Source: Bacteroidales bacterium
GTDB lineage: Bacteria; Bacteroidota; Bacteroidia; Bacteroidales; Muribaculaceae
Direction of reading: 5' to 3'
Assembly (NCBI GenBank): GCA_029007645.1
Contig: JAQXIE010000034.1
Location: 10,124-74,123, forward strand
DNA: 64,000 nt
In this document: positions 21,363-30,878 of the stretch, piece by piece
Layout: each line of letters starts with the position of its first letter
How positions within the stretch are numbered: the first letter of the stretch is position 1
Notes under the pieces: model-generated
Databases searched by the model: none
Told to the model about the DNA's origin: nothing
The model's input: the letters and a program-made list of their open reading frames with translations, nothing else
Made by a program: the position numbers and the translations under genes

Positions 21363-22297
21363 AATTGCCGGCAATGGCTGTAGGTGCTCTCCGGTCGTTT
21401 TAGCCGCTCTTCGTCATGATTACGGTAACTCAGCTTGAACATGGACGTCGAGACACAAATCTTCCGATAGGCTTCCTCATCATAATCCTGCTCAAGCATC
21501 GGATTCAGAGAATGCACTTCCGGATTGTTCATCGGCACGGATTCTATCATATAGGCAACCTCCGGATCCTCTTGCACCAGCATATCAATCAGCTGGTCGA
21601 ACATGAAGTAATCCACGAATATGCCGGAACTTTCAAGATACTGACTGAACGCTTTTGAAAGGAGTAAGAACAACCTGTTGTATCGATCGCATCCCATGGC
21701 AAACACAGCCCAGCGGCACCGAGACACGTAATAGCCTTCCTCCTTAGTGTGTATGGAATAAAATTGCCGCTCAAAGATGCTATTATCTATCGGAGCTGTC
21801 AAGTACATGGTCGAATCAAGCCACAATCCTCCTTGTTGCACTAACAGATTCACCCGGATTATGTCCGAGAAATGTGCCGGCTTTATATCTCCTGCTTCGT
21901 ACGACCTTACTATCGCATCGGGCAGCGTGACATAATCCCGGAAATTGTCGGATGTAATCACTATAACCTCATGTCCGTTGCTGTATTTACGTACGCTTTC
22001 CAGACACATCCTGACAATATCAGGCATCTGCGATTCGCCCTGAAACCAGCATATCCAGATCGATTCAGGTTTCAATACGCGAGGCTGCGGAATCGGTGTC
22101 GCGTCAAACATGGCTGCCTCTACCGATGCCTTGAGATAATTCTGAATCTTCCGGTTTCTCGTCGCACTTATCCGGCGTTTCATCCTGTCGCTCATAAATC
22201 GACCTCCATATATCATTACAAGATTAGATAATGGAATATAGGCACCGAATCTGCCAATCTTGGCCGTTATGTTCTTAATTCTTGAATACTTTTTCAT
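21359..22297 (-). CDS. Caps_synth-type (GT32-like) capsular polysaccharide synthesis glycosyltransferase
   Basis: IWICWFQGESQMPDIV ... PAHFSDIIRVNLLVQQGGLWLDSTMY matches the Caps_synth family pattern by recall. Confidence 0.75.
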   Translation of the reverse strand: MKKYSRIKNITAKIGRFGAYIPLSNLVMIYGGRFMSDRMKRRISATRNRKIQNYLKASVEAAMFDATPIPQPRVLKPESIWICWFQGESQMPDIVRMCLESVRKYSNGHEVIVITSDNFRDYVTLPDAIVRSYEAGDIKPAHFSDIIRVNLLVQQGGLWLDSTMYLTAPIDNSIFERQFYSIHTKEEGYYVSRCRWAVFAMGCDRYNRLFLLLSKAFSQYLESSGIFVDYFMFDQLIDMLVQEDPEVAYMIESVPMNNPEVHSLNPMLEQDYDEEAYRKICVSTSMFKLSYRNHDEERLKRPESTYSHCRQL

Positions 22298-22330
22298 ACC
22301 GTTCTGTACGACTGGTCAGAAATTTTATTA

Positions 22331-22338
22331 CAAAATTA
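22331..22338 (-). promoter_or_regulatory. -7 promoter box (TAATTTTG on the minus strand) for the glycosyltransferase-MATE pair
   Basis: Exact TAnnTTTG 34 nt upstream of the ATG at 22297. Confidence 0.5.
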
Positions 22339-22369
22339 ATATTTTTTTGCATATTAATCATTTTTGGCA

Positions 22370-22404
22370 TACCTTTGCAGCGGTGTAGAGGAGTACACCA
22401 CTGC
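22370..22404 (+). promoter_or_regulatory. -7 box (TACCTTTG) plus adjacent hairpin / inverted repeat at the head of the ABC operon
   Basis: TAnnTTTG at 22370-22377. GCAG-c-GGTGTA gaggag TACACC-a-CTGC at 22377-22404. ATG at 22426. Confidence 0.45.
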
Positions 22405-22425
22405 ACTGATACAACTAATCTCATT

Positions 22426-23307
22426 ATGATTAAGATAAATAGCGTTGATTTTTCCTATGGAAAAAAGTTCGAACCGGCGTTACGCGACATCAATGCCACC
22501 ATTGGTCCGGGCATGCACCTGTTGCTCGGTGAAAATGGTGCAGGCAAGACCACGTTGCTTAAAATAATAGCCGGCTTGTTGTTGCCGACATCGGGGGAGT
22601 GCATGATAGATGGCACAAGCACAAAACAGAAACTACCAACTGAGATGTTACGCACCGTATATCTGGGACCTGACACCACGGCTCCCATGCGCGACATTGC
22701 GACGATGGCTTCACATCATGCCTGCTTTTATCCCGACTTCGACATGAATCTGCTGAACCGCTATCTGGATAAGTTCGGTATCAGTCCTACTCAGAGGCTG
22801 AGTGATATGTCGCTTGGTACATGTCATAAGGCTATGCTGGCATATGTGATCAGTCTTAACACAGAAGTGCTTCTTCTCGATGAGCCTGCCAACGGTCTGG
22901 ATATCGAAAGCAAGCAGGTGCTTCAGAAGATGCTGATCGAATCCGCATTCGATGAGCGCATTATCATAGTGTCGACGCATAATATTGCCGACATGCAGAA
23001 TCTCTATGACGGTTTGCTTGTTATGGCGGGAAGCCGAATGCTGCTTCAGACCGATACTGAGCGAATTGACTCCCGTCTCGCGTTCGTACAGGGGTTTTCG
23101 GAGATACAAGGTTCCCTTTTCTCGGAATGGACCGGAGGCGCTCTGCGCAGCATTCTTCCGACACATGTGGCTGAGGAAATGAGTTTATCCGGCGGCCCGA
23201 TAGATTTTCAGCTTCTTTATTCGGCATTACACAGCCCCCGCTGCAAAGAGACTCTCGATATAATCAATGACGCTATACCATTCGAAAATTATGACAACAA
23301 ACATTGA
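22426..23307 (+). CDS. ABC transporter ATP-binding protein (atypical signature motif, C-terminal extension)
   Basis: Walker A GENGAGKT, Walker B LLLDEP and H-loop STHN. The signature region reads SDMSLGTCHK. The ATG at 22426 is preferred over the track start at 22282. Confidence 0.88.
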   Translation: MIKINSVDFSYGKKFEPALRDINATIGPGMHLLLGENGAGKTTLLKIIAGLLLPTSGECMIDGTSTKQKLPTEMLRTVYLGPDTTAPMRDIATMASHHACFYPDFDMNLLNRYLDKFGISPTQRLSDMSLGTCHKAMLAYVISLNTEVLLLDEPANGLDIESKQVLQKMLIESAFDERIIIVSTHNIADMQNLYDGLLVMAGSRMLLQTDTERIDSRLAFVQGFSEIQGSLFSEWTGGALRSILPTHVAEEMSLSGGPIDFQLLYSALHSPRCKETLDIINDAIPFENYDNKH

Positions 23308-24091
23308 CTCTTTCAGCTGGAAACGCACGTGGATGGTAGCACGTTACTGGTGGCCTAATCTGCGTGTACAGTTCTGGGCATACATTGCCGCAGCCGTTCT
23401 GATAGCATTTGCGGGAGGATTTCTCGATAAGACTTTCAACACTTTTACCGGCACATTTATAGTCTCGTTGACGATATGGTTGGCATGTCTCGGGAGCGCC
23501 ATATTCGGAAGATCCCGAGGCCGGGATTTCAACATTGCACTGCCTGCATTGCCTTCGGAAAAACTGGTGGTCGTCATCACCTATAGCGTTGTGGTATTGC
23601 CATTGATTTCATTAGGACTATGCCATCTCATATATGATTGTATTCTTGGAGTGGATTCGAGTGTTACTTCGCTCAAAATGAGGTCTTATCTAAGTGGACA
23701 AGGCCTTTATCCCGAGGGTGTCTCTGACATTGCGAAGATGGCACCTCTGTTTGTCATAGGTAACATAGTGACTTGTATTATGCTATCAATGATTACACTG
23801 ACAGGTGCTTTGTTTTATAAACGACATGCTGTAATCAAATCCATTGCAACTACAATAGGATGCAATTTTATTCCATCTTTTCTAATGGGACTTGCGGCCG
23901 TATTTTATGGATTCTATAAAGGATATACGGCACCGGAGGGAACTGAGCTGGACGTTACGCAACTTCAGCATCTTATCATGAACAATGTCATACCGGTTTT
24001 TGAATGGTCATTGATATTTTCCGGCATAATAGTCACCATTATTCTCATGATTGTCATAATCCGCCGTTTCCGCACGCGTCAGAGTATTTGA
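23291..24091 (+). CDS. Six-TM integral membrane protein, probable permease partner of the preceding ATPase
   Basis: About six hydrophobic helices. Overlaps the ATPase stop. An alternative in-frame ATG lies at 23267. No family motif recognised. Confidence 0.65.
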   Translation: MTTNIDSFSWKRTWMVARYWWPNLRVQFWAYIAAAVLIAFAGGFLDKTFNTFTGTFIVSLTIWLACLGSAIFGRSRGRDFNIALPALPSEKLVVVITYSVVVLPLISLGLCHLIYDCILGVDSSVTSLKMRSYLSGQGLYPEGVSDIAKMAPLFVIGNIVTCIMLSMITLTGALFYKRHAVIKSIATTIGCNFIPSFLMGLAAVFYGFYKGYTAPEGTELDVTQLQHLIMNNVIPVFEWSLIFSGIIVTIILMIVIIRRFRTRQSI

Positions 24092-24094
24092 CCT

Positions 24095-24478
24095 ATGCAA
24101 TTTGACAACAACAAGCCGATAGCGATACAGATTGAGGAGTTTTGCCGGATGCAGATCACGTCGGGCGGGTGGCCGAGCGACAGCCGTATCCCGTCGACCA
24201 AGGATCTGGCAATGCGTCTCGGAGTGAATCCGCGCACGGTTATGAAAGCCTATGACTCACTGGCGGAGCAGGGCGCCATATATCAGAAGCGAGGTCTCGG
24301 CTATTTCGTGGCTCCCGCTGCAATTCCGAATGTATTGCAGATACTGAGACGTAAATTCATGACTGAAACCTTGCCGGAAACGGCTCGCAGGATTCTGGAA
24401 CTCAAACTGGACGTGAAATATGTGACCGACATGCTGACGCACATGGTTCAGAGTCTTGACAATAAACAAGAATTATAA
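24095..24478 (+). CDS. GntR-family transcriptional regulator, YtrA subfamily
   Basis: 127 aa winged HTH (IPSTKDLAMRLGVNPRTVMKAYDSLAEQGAIYQKRGLGYFV) with a short helical C-terminus and no effector domain. Confidence 0.88.
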   Translation: MQFDNNKPIAIQIEEFCRMQITSGGWPSDSRIPSTKDLAMRLGVNPRTVMKAYDSLAEQGAIYQKRGLGYFVAPAAIPNVLQILRRKFMTETLPETARRILELKLDVKYVTDMLTHMVQSLDNKQEL

Positions 24479-24486
24479 ATTTAATT

Positions 24487-25461
24487 ATGAACATAATAGA
24501 AGCAAGCAACATCACGAAACGCTACACAGGGCATACGGCTCTAGACGATGTCAGCGTATCGATCCCAGAAGGATGTGTCTACGGCCTGTTGGGCCCCAAC
24601 GGAGCTGGCAAGACCACTCTGATCCGTATCATCAACCATATAACGGCTCCCGACGAGGGAAGTGTATTGTTTGACGGACATAAACTTACAGCCGACGATG
24701 TGGTGAAAATCGGGTATCTTCCCGAAGAACGCGGTCTCTACAAGAAGATGAAAGTAGGGGAGCAGGCGCTCTTCTTTGCCAAACTCAAAGGGCTGAAAAC
24801 CAAGGAGGCCACGCAGGAACTACGTAAATGGTTCGATCGGTTCGGCATTATGGACTGGTGGGGAAAACGCGTCGAGGAACTCTCCAAAGGTATGGCACAG
24901 AAAGTCCAGTTCATTGTCACCGTGCTCCATAGGCCCAAGCTGCTGATCTTCGACGAACCCTTCTCCGGTTTCGACCCCATCAATGCCGAACTCCTGAAGA
25001 ACGAGATCCTGCGTCTTAAGGATGAAGGCGCCACGGTGATATTCTCCACGCATAATATGGAAAGTGTGGAGAAGATCTGCGACAACTTCACCCTCATAAA
25101 CCGCAGCCGCAACATCCTGTCGGGCAATGTGGCCGAAATCCGTCGTGAAATGGGCCGCAATTGCTATAAACTGTCTTTCCAGGGCAAGCCTGAACTGTTG
25201 CTCGACAAATTAGGCGACAGAATCCTGACATATACAATGTCGAAACCTGAGGAAACGGAGTCCGGCCTAATCTACAATTCGCAATTCTCATTGCAGCCTG
25301 ATGTCAAGATGCATGATTTCATCGCCGCTGCCAACGACACAGTTGAAATTGTGACATTCGACCGCGCCCTACCTTCAATGAACGAGATATTCATACGGAC
25401 CGTTGAGGCCTCCAATGACGGCGTACCCACTCAGATTCCTATCCCCGATGTAAAAGAATAA
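24487..25461 (+). CDS. ABC transporter ATP-binding protein (NatA-like, ABC-2 type)
   Basis: Walker A GPNGAGKTT, signature LSKGMAQK, Walker B LLIFDEP, and a C-terminal DUF4162-like extension. Confidence 0.9.
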   Translation: MNIIEASNITKRYTGHTALDDVSVSIPEGCVYGLLGPNGAGKTTLIRIINHITAPDEGSVLFDGHKLTADDVVKIGYLPEERGLYKKMKVGEQALFFAKLKGLKTKEATQELRKWFDRFGIMDWWGKRVEELSKGMAQKVQFIVTVLHRPKLLIFDEPFSGFDPINAELLKNEILRLKDEGATVIFSTHNMESVEKICDNFTLINRSRNILSGNVAEIRREMGRNCYKLSFQGKPELLLDKLGDRILTYTMSKPEETESGLIYNSQFSLQPDVKMHDFIAAANDTVEIVTFDRALPSMNEIFIRTVEASNDGVPTQIPIPDVKE

Positions 25462-25465
25462 TGAC

Positions 25466-26788
25466 ATGAAATCAAACTTAAGCATCATAATATCGCGCGA
25501 ATTCAAAGAACGAGTCGCGAAGAAAAGTTTCATAATAACAACTATCCTGGCTCCGCTGCTGATGGTTGCCCTTATGGCAGCACCCGCTTTAATAATGAGC
25601 CTGTCATCTCCGTCAGAAAAGACGATTGCCGTTGTCGACAACAGCGGTGTGGTTACTCCGGAGCTGATGAAAGTGCAGCAGGACCTCCAATATCTCACTC
25701 TCGCCATCGATGGGGAGCCCGTTGACTCCGTGCTAACCCGCGAACGTTACGACGGTGTGCTTGTAATCGGTTCCGACATCGTCGACAATCCGGGCAACGC
25801 TCTGTTGTATACCCATGATTCCGGATCCCTTGAACTGGAATCGGCTCTCTCGGGCGCTATCGAAAAAGCCATTGAGAACCAGCGTCTAAAAAAATACAAT
25901 ATTGAGAATATGGACGAGATCTTGAAGGATGTTCAGGTCGACATCACGCTGCGCACCATCAAGATTGACGAGAATGGAGAAGAGAAAAATGTCTCGACTA
26001 CTATCTCCATGATTCTCGGCATGATCATGACATTCATCCTCTACATGTTCCTGCTTCTTTACGGACAGATGGTAATGACGTCGATTATCGAGGAGAAAAA
26101 CAACCGTGTGCTTGAGCTGATGGTCAGCTCGGTGCGCCCTATCGATCTGATGCTTGGTAAAATCATCGGCGTAGGACTTGTGGCATTGCTCCAGATAGCT
26201 GTGTGGGCGTTGATAATCTGTTCGGTGAGCGCCAATGTCATGCCGTTGATACTGCCAGAGACTGTAGCAAATGAAGCGGCCATGATGAATGCCGGCACTC
26301 TGGATATGGCATCGGCCACTACTGATACAGATATGTTGCAAGCCATCTCTATATTCTCATCGGTGGGATATATCGCCAAGCTGTTCTGCTATATGACGCT
26401 TTTCCTGATCGGAGGATTTCTGTTCTACGCTTCAATCTTTGCGGCAATCGGTTCTTCGGTCGACAATGTTCAGGACGCTTCGCAGCTACAGACATTCGCG
26501 ATCATGCCCATCCTGCTCGCATTCGTCTTCTCAATGACCGTGGCCAATGATCCTAACTCGACTCTGGCAGTATGGCTGTCGATGATTCCGTTCACTTCTC
26601 CGATGGTGACTTTGGCTCGCCTCCCATTTGACATCCCGGAATGGGAGGTATGGACCTCGTTCGGCATCCTCGTCGTATCGTTTGTCCTTATGGCCTGGTT
26701 CGCGGGCAAAATCTACCGCATCGGTATCTTTATGTACGGCAAAAAGCCCAATATCAAAGAACTGATCCGCTGGGCCCGATACAAGTGA
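25466..26788 (+). CDS. ABC-2 family permease (NatB-like)
   Basis: 440 aa with TM1, a roughly 130-aa external loop, then five TM helices. Confidence 0.85.
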   Translation: MKSNLSIIISREFKERVAKKSFIITTILAPLLMVALMAAPALIMSLSSPSEKTIAVVDNSGVVTPELMKVQQDLQYLTLAIDGEPVDSVLTRERYDGVLVIGSDIVDNPGNALLYTHDSGSLELESALSGAIEKAIENQRLKKYNIENMDEILKDVQVDITLRTIKIDENGEEKNVSTTISMILGMIMTFILYMFLLLYGQMVMTSIIEEKNNRVLELMVSSVRPIDLMLGKIIGVGLVALLQIAVWALIICSVSANVMPLILPETVANEAAMMNAGTLDMASATTDTDMLQAISIFSSVGYIAKLFCYMTLFLIGGFLFYASIFAAIGSSVDNVQDASQLQTFAIMPILLAFVFSMTVANDPNSTLAVWLSMIPFTSPMVTLARLPFDIPEWEVWTSFGILVVSFVLMAWFAGKIYRIGIFMYGKKPNIKELIRWARYK

Positions 26789-26828
26789 TCTAACATGCAT
26801 CAGATAATAATCATAACACATTAATAAT

Positions 26829-27728
26829 ATGAAAAAGACACTTAAAAGCGCATTGATGGCATCGGTGGCTGTTGCCTCTATGCTGCTCCCGACAGGCGCA
26901 AACGCGCAGCTGCTGTGGGAGGTATCCGGCAACGGGGCCAAGGAATCCTCATATCTTTTCGGAACACATCACATCGCTCCCGCCACGATGATGGATTCCG
27001 TGAAAGGAATGAAAGACGCCATGAAAGGTGTCGACAAAGTCTACGGCGAAGTTGTGATGAGCGAACTTCTCGCCCCGCAAGCCCAGATGGGCTTGGCCAC
27101 CAAATACCTCATGGCACCGGCCGACAGCACTCTCAGCAAGGTTCTCAGCGTAGAGCAGCTTGATTCAGTCAACAATCTGCTGGGCCGTCTGTCGGGCGGA
27201 GCCGCCAACATATCGATGCTGGAGGTGATGAAACCCGCTTTAGTCAGCGCCCAGCTCCTGATTCTCGAAAATATGAAAATGTTCCCCGACTTCAATCCGC
27301 AGCAGCAACTCGACGGCATGATTCAGGATTTCGCTACTGCAGCAGGCATCCCCATCGGTGGCCTTGAAACGCCCGAGGAGCAGATGGTGCTTCTTTACGG
27401 AAAACCTATCTCCATCCAGGCCGATGAGCTGATGAAAGGAATCCGCGAATTCGATGACGAGGCCGAGAAAGCAAAAAAACTCGCTACAGCTTACGTCGGT
27501 CAGGATTTCGATGCATTGGCCGAGTTGTTCAAAATTGAAGAGGATGCAGAATCGGAAAGCATGAAGGAACTCCTTTACGATCGCAATGACTCCTGGATGA
27601 AGATAATCAAGAGCAAGCTACCTGAAGAGAGCATGTTCATCGCCGTCGGCGCCGGTCATCTTGTCGGCGATCATGGTCTGATTCAACAGCTTCGCCAGGC
27701 CGGCTATACGGTTACTCCCGTAAAATAA
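26829..27728 (+). CDS. TraB/GumN family protein
   Basis: Signal peptide followed by LLWEVSGNGAKESSYLFGTHHIAP, the family N-terminal motif. Also has a C-terminal GAGHLVG. Confidence 0.85.
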   Translation: MKKTLKSALMASVAVASMLLPTGANAQLLWEVSGNGAKESSYLFGTHHIAPATMMDSVKGMKDAMKGVDKVYGEVVMSELLAPQAQMGLATKYLMAPADSTLSKVLSVEQLDSVNNLLGRLSGGAANISMLEVMKPALVSAQLLILENMKMFPDFNPQQQLDGMIQDFATAAGIPIGGLETPEEQMVLLYGKPISIQADELMKGIREFDDEAEKAKKLATAYVGQDFDALAELFKIEEDAESESMKELLYDRNDSWMKIIKSKLPEESMFIAVGAGHLVGDHGLIQQLRQAGYTVTPVK

Positions 27729-27791
27729 ATTAAGTTCTCGTCCCGGAAATTTTCTGGACGGTGAATCCAAAATTTGAGATTTTAGTTAATT

Positions 27792-27824
27792 TTGCGGTGC
27801 GGTTTATAAAGAACCGCACCGCAA
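27792..27824. terminator. Strong hairpin between convergent TraB/GumN and acyltransferase genes (probable terminator, weak U-tract)
   Basis: TTGCGGTGCGGTT tataaag AACCGCACCGCAA, a 13-bp perfect stem. Confidence 0.55.
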
Positions 27825-27957
27825 TAATTTCAATTATATTGATTGTGTTGAGTCCCGTCAAGATACGTCCGTTCGCGATTTTCCCGAAATGGAGCACTAT
27901 CCGGCAGCAAATCAAAAATGTGGTGCGCGCATTCCGGCACGAGCAACAGGAGGAAAA

Positions 27958-29055
27958 TCAGGCCACTGCCGGCTGAGGACGCAATTTGACTGCAAGTCTG
28001 CGGCAGAGCTGAAGACCAAGCATTGGAACACCCACACCGGCCACTGTGTACAATATCCAGAACAGGTCGGTGTGGTTGTTGTAATGTATCACCATATGAC
28101 AACCCATTTGACCCCAGTCGAGACCGTACCATAATATCTTCAGTGGACTGACAAGCTTGAAGCTGATAATGTGGAAAATGAACACATATAGCGTATTGTT
28201 GCCTATGAACAGGAGTGACCGACGCAATAACGAGTCGCGACTGTCGATCCATACCGCCAGGTGGTGGCAGAATATCCAGCCCGCTGTACCAGTGACCGGC
28301 AATGTGAGCAGATCCAGCATCTTGCCGTTATTGTTCATGCCGCAAGTATGGAACCATGCGCATACGCACAGCACCAACAGACAGCAGACCGTAAGCAACA
28401 GCCGATCACCGATCCGCGTTTCGAAATGCCTGTATATCACGCCGACACCAAAGAAGAAGAGTCCCCATATATCACGCAATCCACCATTGGGGATTGTCGT
28501 CACTTTCAAGCCGAAAGCAAACCTGTAGGCGTTGAAAGCCAATGCGAACGCGCATATCAATATAGCGATCCTCACCATACCCATCGGCCGCATGCCGTCG
28601 ATCACCCTGGCAAGGATCAGATAGAGAATGCTCGCCACAAGCAGTCCGCGGAAAAACCAGAATGCACCGGTCAGGAATTCATCATACCCGCTCATGGACG
28701 TCACTACGCGGAATACGCGGGTGAAAAAGTCCTGAATGCTATAAGGATGAGTCACTCCTCCCTGCCAATTGCCATATTGCTCGTTCAAGATCCCGATTTC
28801 AAACCACAGATTGTGCAGAATCAGGAATATCAACGACCATTTCAGGAATGGCACGTACAAGCCTTTGAAACGCCTGCGGCAGAATTCCCATGGATTGTCG
28901 AGGTGTTTCCTGCTGAAAAAATATCCTGCCGCTATGAAGAACAGCGGCATATGAAATATGTAGATAAAATTGGAAAGAAGGTCGGGCACCTCCGCATGGC
29001 CCATGACCATGAGGATAATGCCCAACCCTTTGATTATTGAGATAACGGTATTCAT
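27958..29055 (-). CDS. Acyltransferase family 3 membrane protein
   Basis: 365 aa, about 10 TM helices, N-terminal GLGIILMVMGH...FHMPLFFIAAGYF motif. Confidence 0.85.
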   Translation of the reverse strand: MNTVISIIKGLGIILMVMGHAEVPDLLSNFIYIFHMPLFFIAAGYFFSRKHLDNPWEFCRRRFKGLYVPFLKWSLIFLILHNLWFEIGILNEQYGNWQGGVTHPYSIQDFFTRVFRVVTSMSGYDEFLTGAFWFFRGLLVASILYLILARVIDGMRPMGMVRIAILICAFALAFNAYRFAFGLKVTTIPNGGLRDIWGLFFFGVGVIYRHFETRIGDRLLLTVCCLLVLCVCAWFHTCGMNNNGKMLDLLTLPVTGTAGWIFCHHLAVWIDSRDSLLRRSLLFIGNNTLYVFIFHIISFKLVSPLKILWYGLDWGQMGCHMVIHYNNHTDLFWILYTVAGVGVPMLGLQLCRRLAVKLRPQPAVA

Positions 29056-29070
29056 GAACCGTCCTTTGTT

Positions 29071-30051
29071 TTATTTTGCGGGGAACAATGATTTGATGCT
29101 TCCTATCGATGACAGCAACGAAGATGCTTCGTAAGGCATGTAAACGGTCTTGGTGTCCTTGCCGGAGGTCATTTCGCGAAGTGTGTCTATGTACTTCATG
29201 GCCAGCATATAGGTAGCCGGATCGGTCTGTGTATTGGCCACAGCCTGGGCGACTCTGAGAATAGCATCTGCCTCAGCCTGTGCATTCAGGATTATTGCCT
29301 GAGCCTCACCCTCGGCGCGAAGAATCTCTGATTGCTTTGTAGCCTCGGCCTGATTGATTTTGGATGCTTTTTCACCTTCGGAGCGAAGTATCAGTGACTG
29401 CTTCTCACCCTCGGCGTTCAGGATCTCGGCGCGACGGTTACGCTCGGCCTGCATCTGCTTCTCCATCGCTACACGTACACTCTCCGGAGGCGTTATGTCC
29501 TGCAATTCGACTCGGTTCACCTTTACTCCCCATTTGTTGGAGGCCTCGTCAAGAATCACCTGTAGCTTGGAGTTTATCGTGTCGCGTGACGTAAGCGTTT
29601 CGTCCAGTTCCAGTTCACCGATCACGTTTCTCAGCGATGTCTGCGTCAGCTTTTCGATGGCATTCGGAAGATTGTCGATTTCATAAACAGCCTTCTTCGG
29701 GTCAACGATCTGGAAATAAAGCAAGGCGTTGATCTCTGTCGTAACGTTATCGCGCGTGATTACTTGCTGCGAAGGGAAATCGTAAACCTGCTCACGAAGG
29801 TCGATTTTATAAGTCGAGACCATCTTCACGTAGGTGCGGCCGTTACCGAGGCGCTCAACCGTGCGCTGGTAAATGATCTTGGGACGGTCCACGAAGGGGA
29901 TGATGAAATTGATGCCGGGAGGCAAGACGCTGTGGAAGCGGCCCAGACGCTCAATGACACGGGTCTCGCTCTGAGGCACCACCTTGACACCGGCGCTTAT
30001 CACCACAATCACCAGGAGCAGGATAACTCCCACAAGTATCCATGTTGTCAT
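29071..30051 (-). CDS. SPFH/band 7 (stomatin-like) protein
   Basis: N-terminal TM helix, SPFH core and a C-terminal coiled-coil with AEAE repeats. Confidence 0.9.
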   Translation of the reverse strand: MTTWILVGVILLLVIVVISAGVKVVPQSETRVIERLGRFHSVLPPGINFIIPFVDRPKIIYQRTVERLGNGRTYVKMVSTYKIDLREQVYDFPSQQVITRDNVTTEINALLYFQIVDPKKAVYEIDNLPNAIEKLTQTSLRNVIGELELDETLTSRDTINSKLQVILDEASNKWGVKVNRVELQDITPPESVRVAMEKQMQAERNRRAEILNAEGEKQSLILRSEGEKASKINQAEATKQSEILRAEGEAQAIILNAQAEADAILRVAQAVANTQTDPATYMLAMKYIDTLREMTSGKDTKTVYMPYEASSLLSSIGSIKSLFPAK

Positions 30052-30058
30052 AGTAATA

Positions 30059-30517
30059 TCAGTTTTTAGGATTAACAGGTTTTACGTTTAGGATTATTGA
30101 GTCGTAACCGGTCACGACCACTTCGGTGCCGCGTTGAATCGGCATACCGGCATCGGCGGATACTGCCTGCCAGTTGTCGCCGTCTATACGTAAACGGCCG
30201 GGGCGTTCCGACGTTATTGACTCGCTGAGCACGCCCCGGCGTCCAAGAAGGGCGTCCATGCCTGTGCGGGCATTACAACCCTTCTTGTCGACCGACAACG
30301 CGTGCCATTTCTGGAACAGAGGAACCAGAAAGATATAAGCTGCGAAAGATGCGACCGACGTTATGACTATCTGCCACACGACGTCAAGCCCGCATGCCGA
30401 AGCGACACATCCAAAAATGCAACCTACGGCCAGACATAAGGCCCACATCATCTGGGTGAGTACTTCAAGTATCAACAGCACCCCGACAATGATAAGCCAT
30501 ATTACCCATATCTGCAT
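30059..30517 (-). CDS. NfeD family membrane protein
   Basis: Three TM helices plus a C-terminal OB-fold (GRLRIDGDNWQAVS). The ATG at 30517 avoids overlap with trxA. Confidence 0.85.
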   Translation of the reverse strand: MQIWVIWLIIVGVLLILEVLTQMMWALCLAVGCIFGCVASACGLDVVWQIVITSVASFAAYIFLVPLFQKWHALSVDKKGCNARTGMDALLGRRGVLSESITSERPGRLRIDGDNWQAVSADAGMPIQRGTEVVVTGYDSIILNVKPVNPKN

Positions 30518-30530
30518 GGCACTCCGGTTG

Positions 30531-30845
30531 TTAGAGCAGCGGCTGAAGCTTTGCTTCAAGATCCGACAGCTTTACCAGACCGACGCTGCGGTCCTTAAGC
30601 TCGCCGTCCTTGAAGAAGAGCACGGTCGGAATGTTGCGGACACGAAACTCGCTCACGATATCCGACTCGTCGTCGATGTTCAGTTTTCCTATCTTAGCCT
30701 GTCCGGCGTATTTCTCTGCAAGCTCCTCGACTACGGGGCCAAGTTTGATACAAGGGCCACACCATGTTGCCCAGAAGTCAATCACCACTACCTCGCCCGA
30801 TTTGATGGCTTCAGCGGCAGTCTGATCTGTGAATTGTAATGCCAT
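30531..30845 (-). CDS. trxA: Thioredoxin
   Basis: 104 aa with active site WATWCGPC. Confidence 0.95.
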   Translation of the reverse strand: MALQFTDQTAAEAIKSGEVVVIDFWATWCGPCIKLGPVVEELAEKYAGQAKIGKLNIDDESDIVSEFRVRNIPTVLFFKDGELKDRSVGLVKLSDLEAKLQPLL

Positions 30846-30878
30846 TTCTTGTTATTTTATTTGTTAATTGTATTTTTC

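Noticed and set aside
27730-27976. Small ORFs (61 and 71 aa) in the TraB/acyltransferase convergent spacer.
   Set aside because: They run straight through the 13-bp terminator-like hairpin, use weak starts and have low-complexity composition.
29071-30517. SPFH/NfeD pair as a candidate phage-defence module.
   Set aside because: This is the standard two-gene housekeeping architecture in a core context (trxA-dnaE). It has no associated effector and no compositional anomaly.
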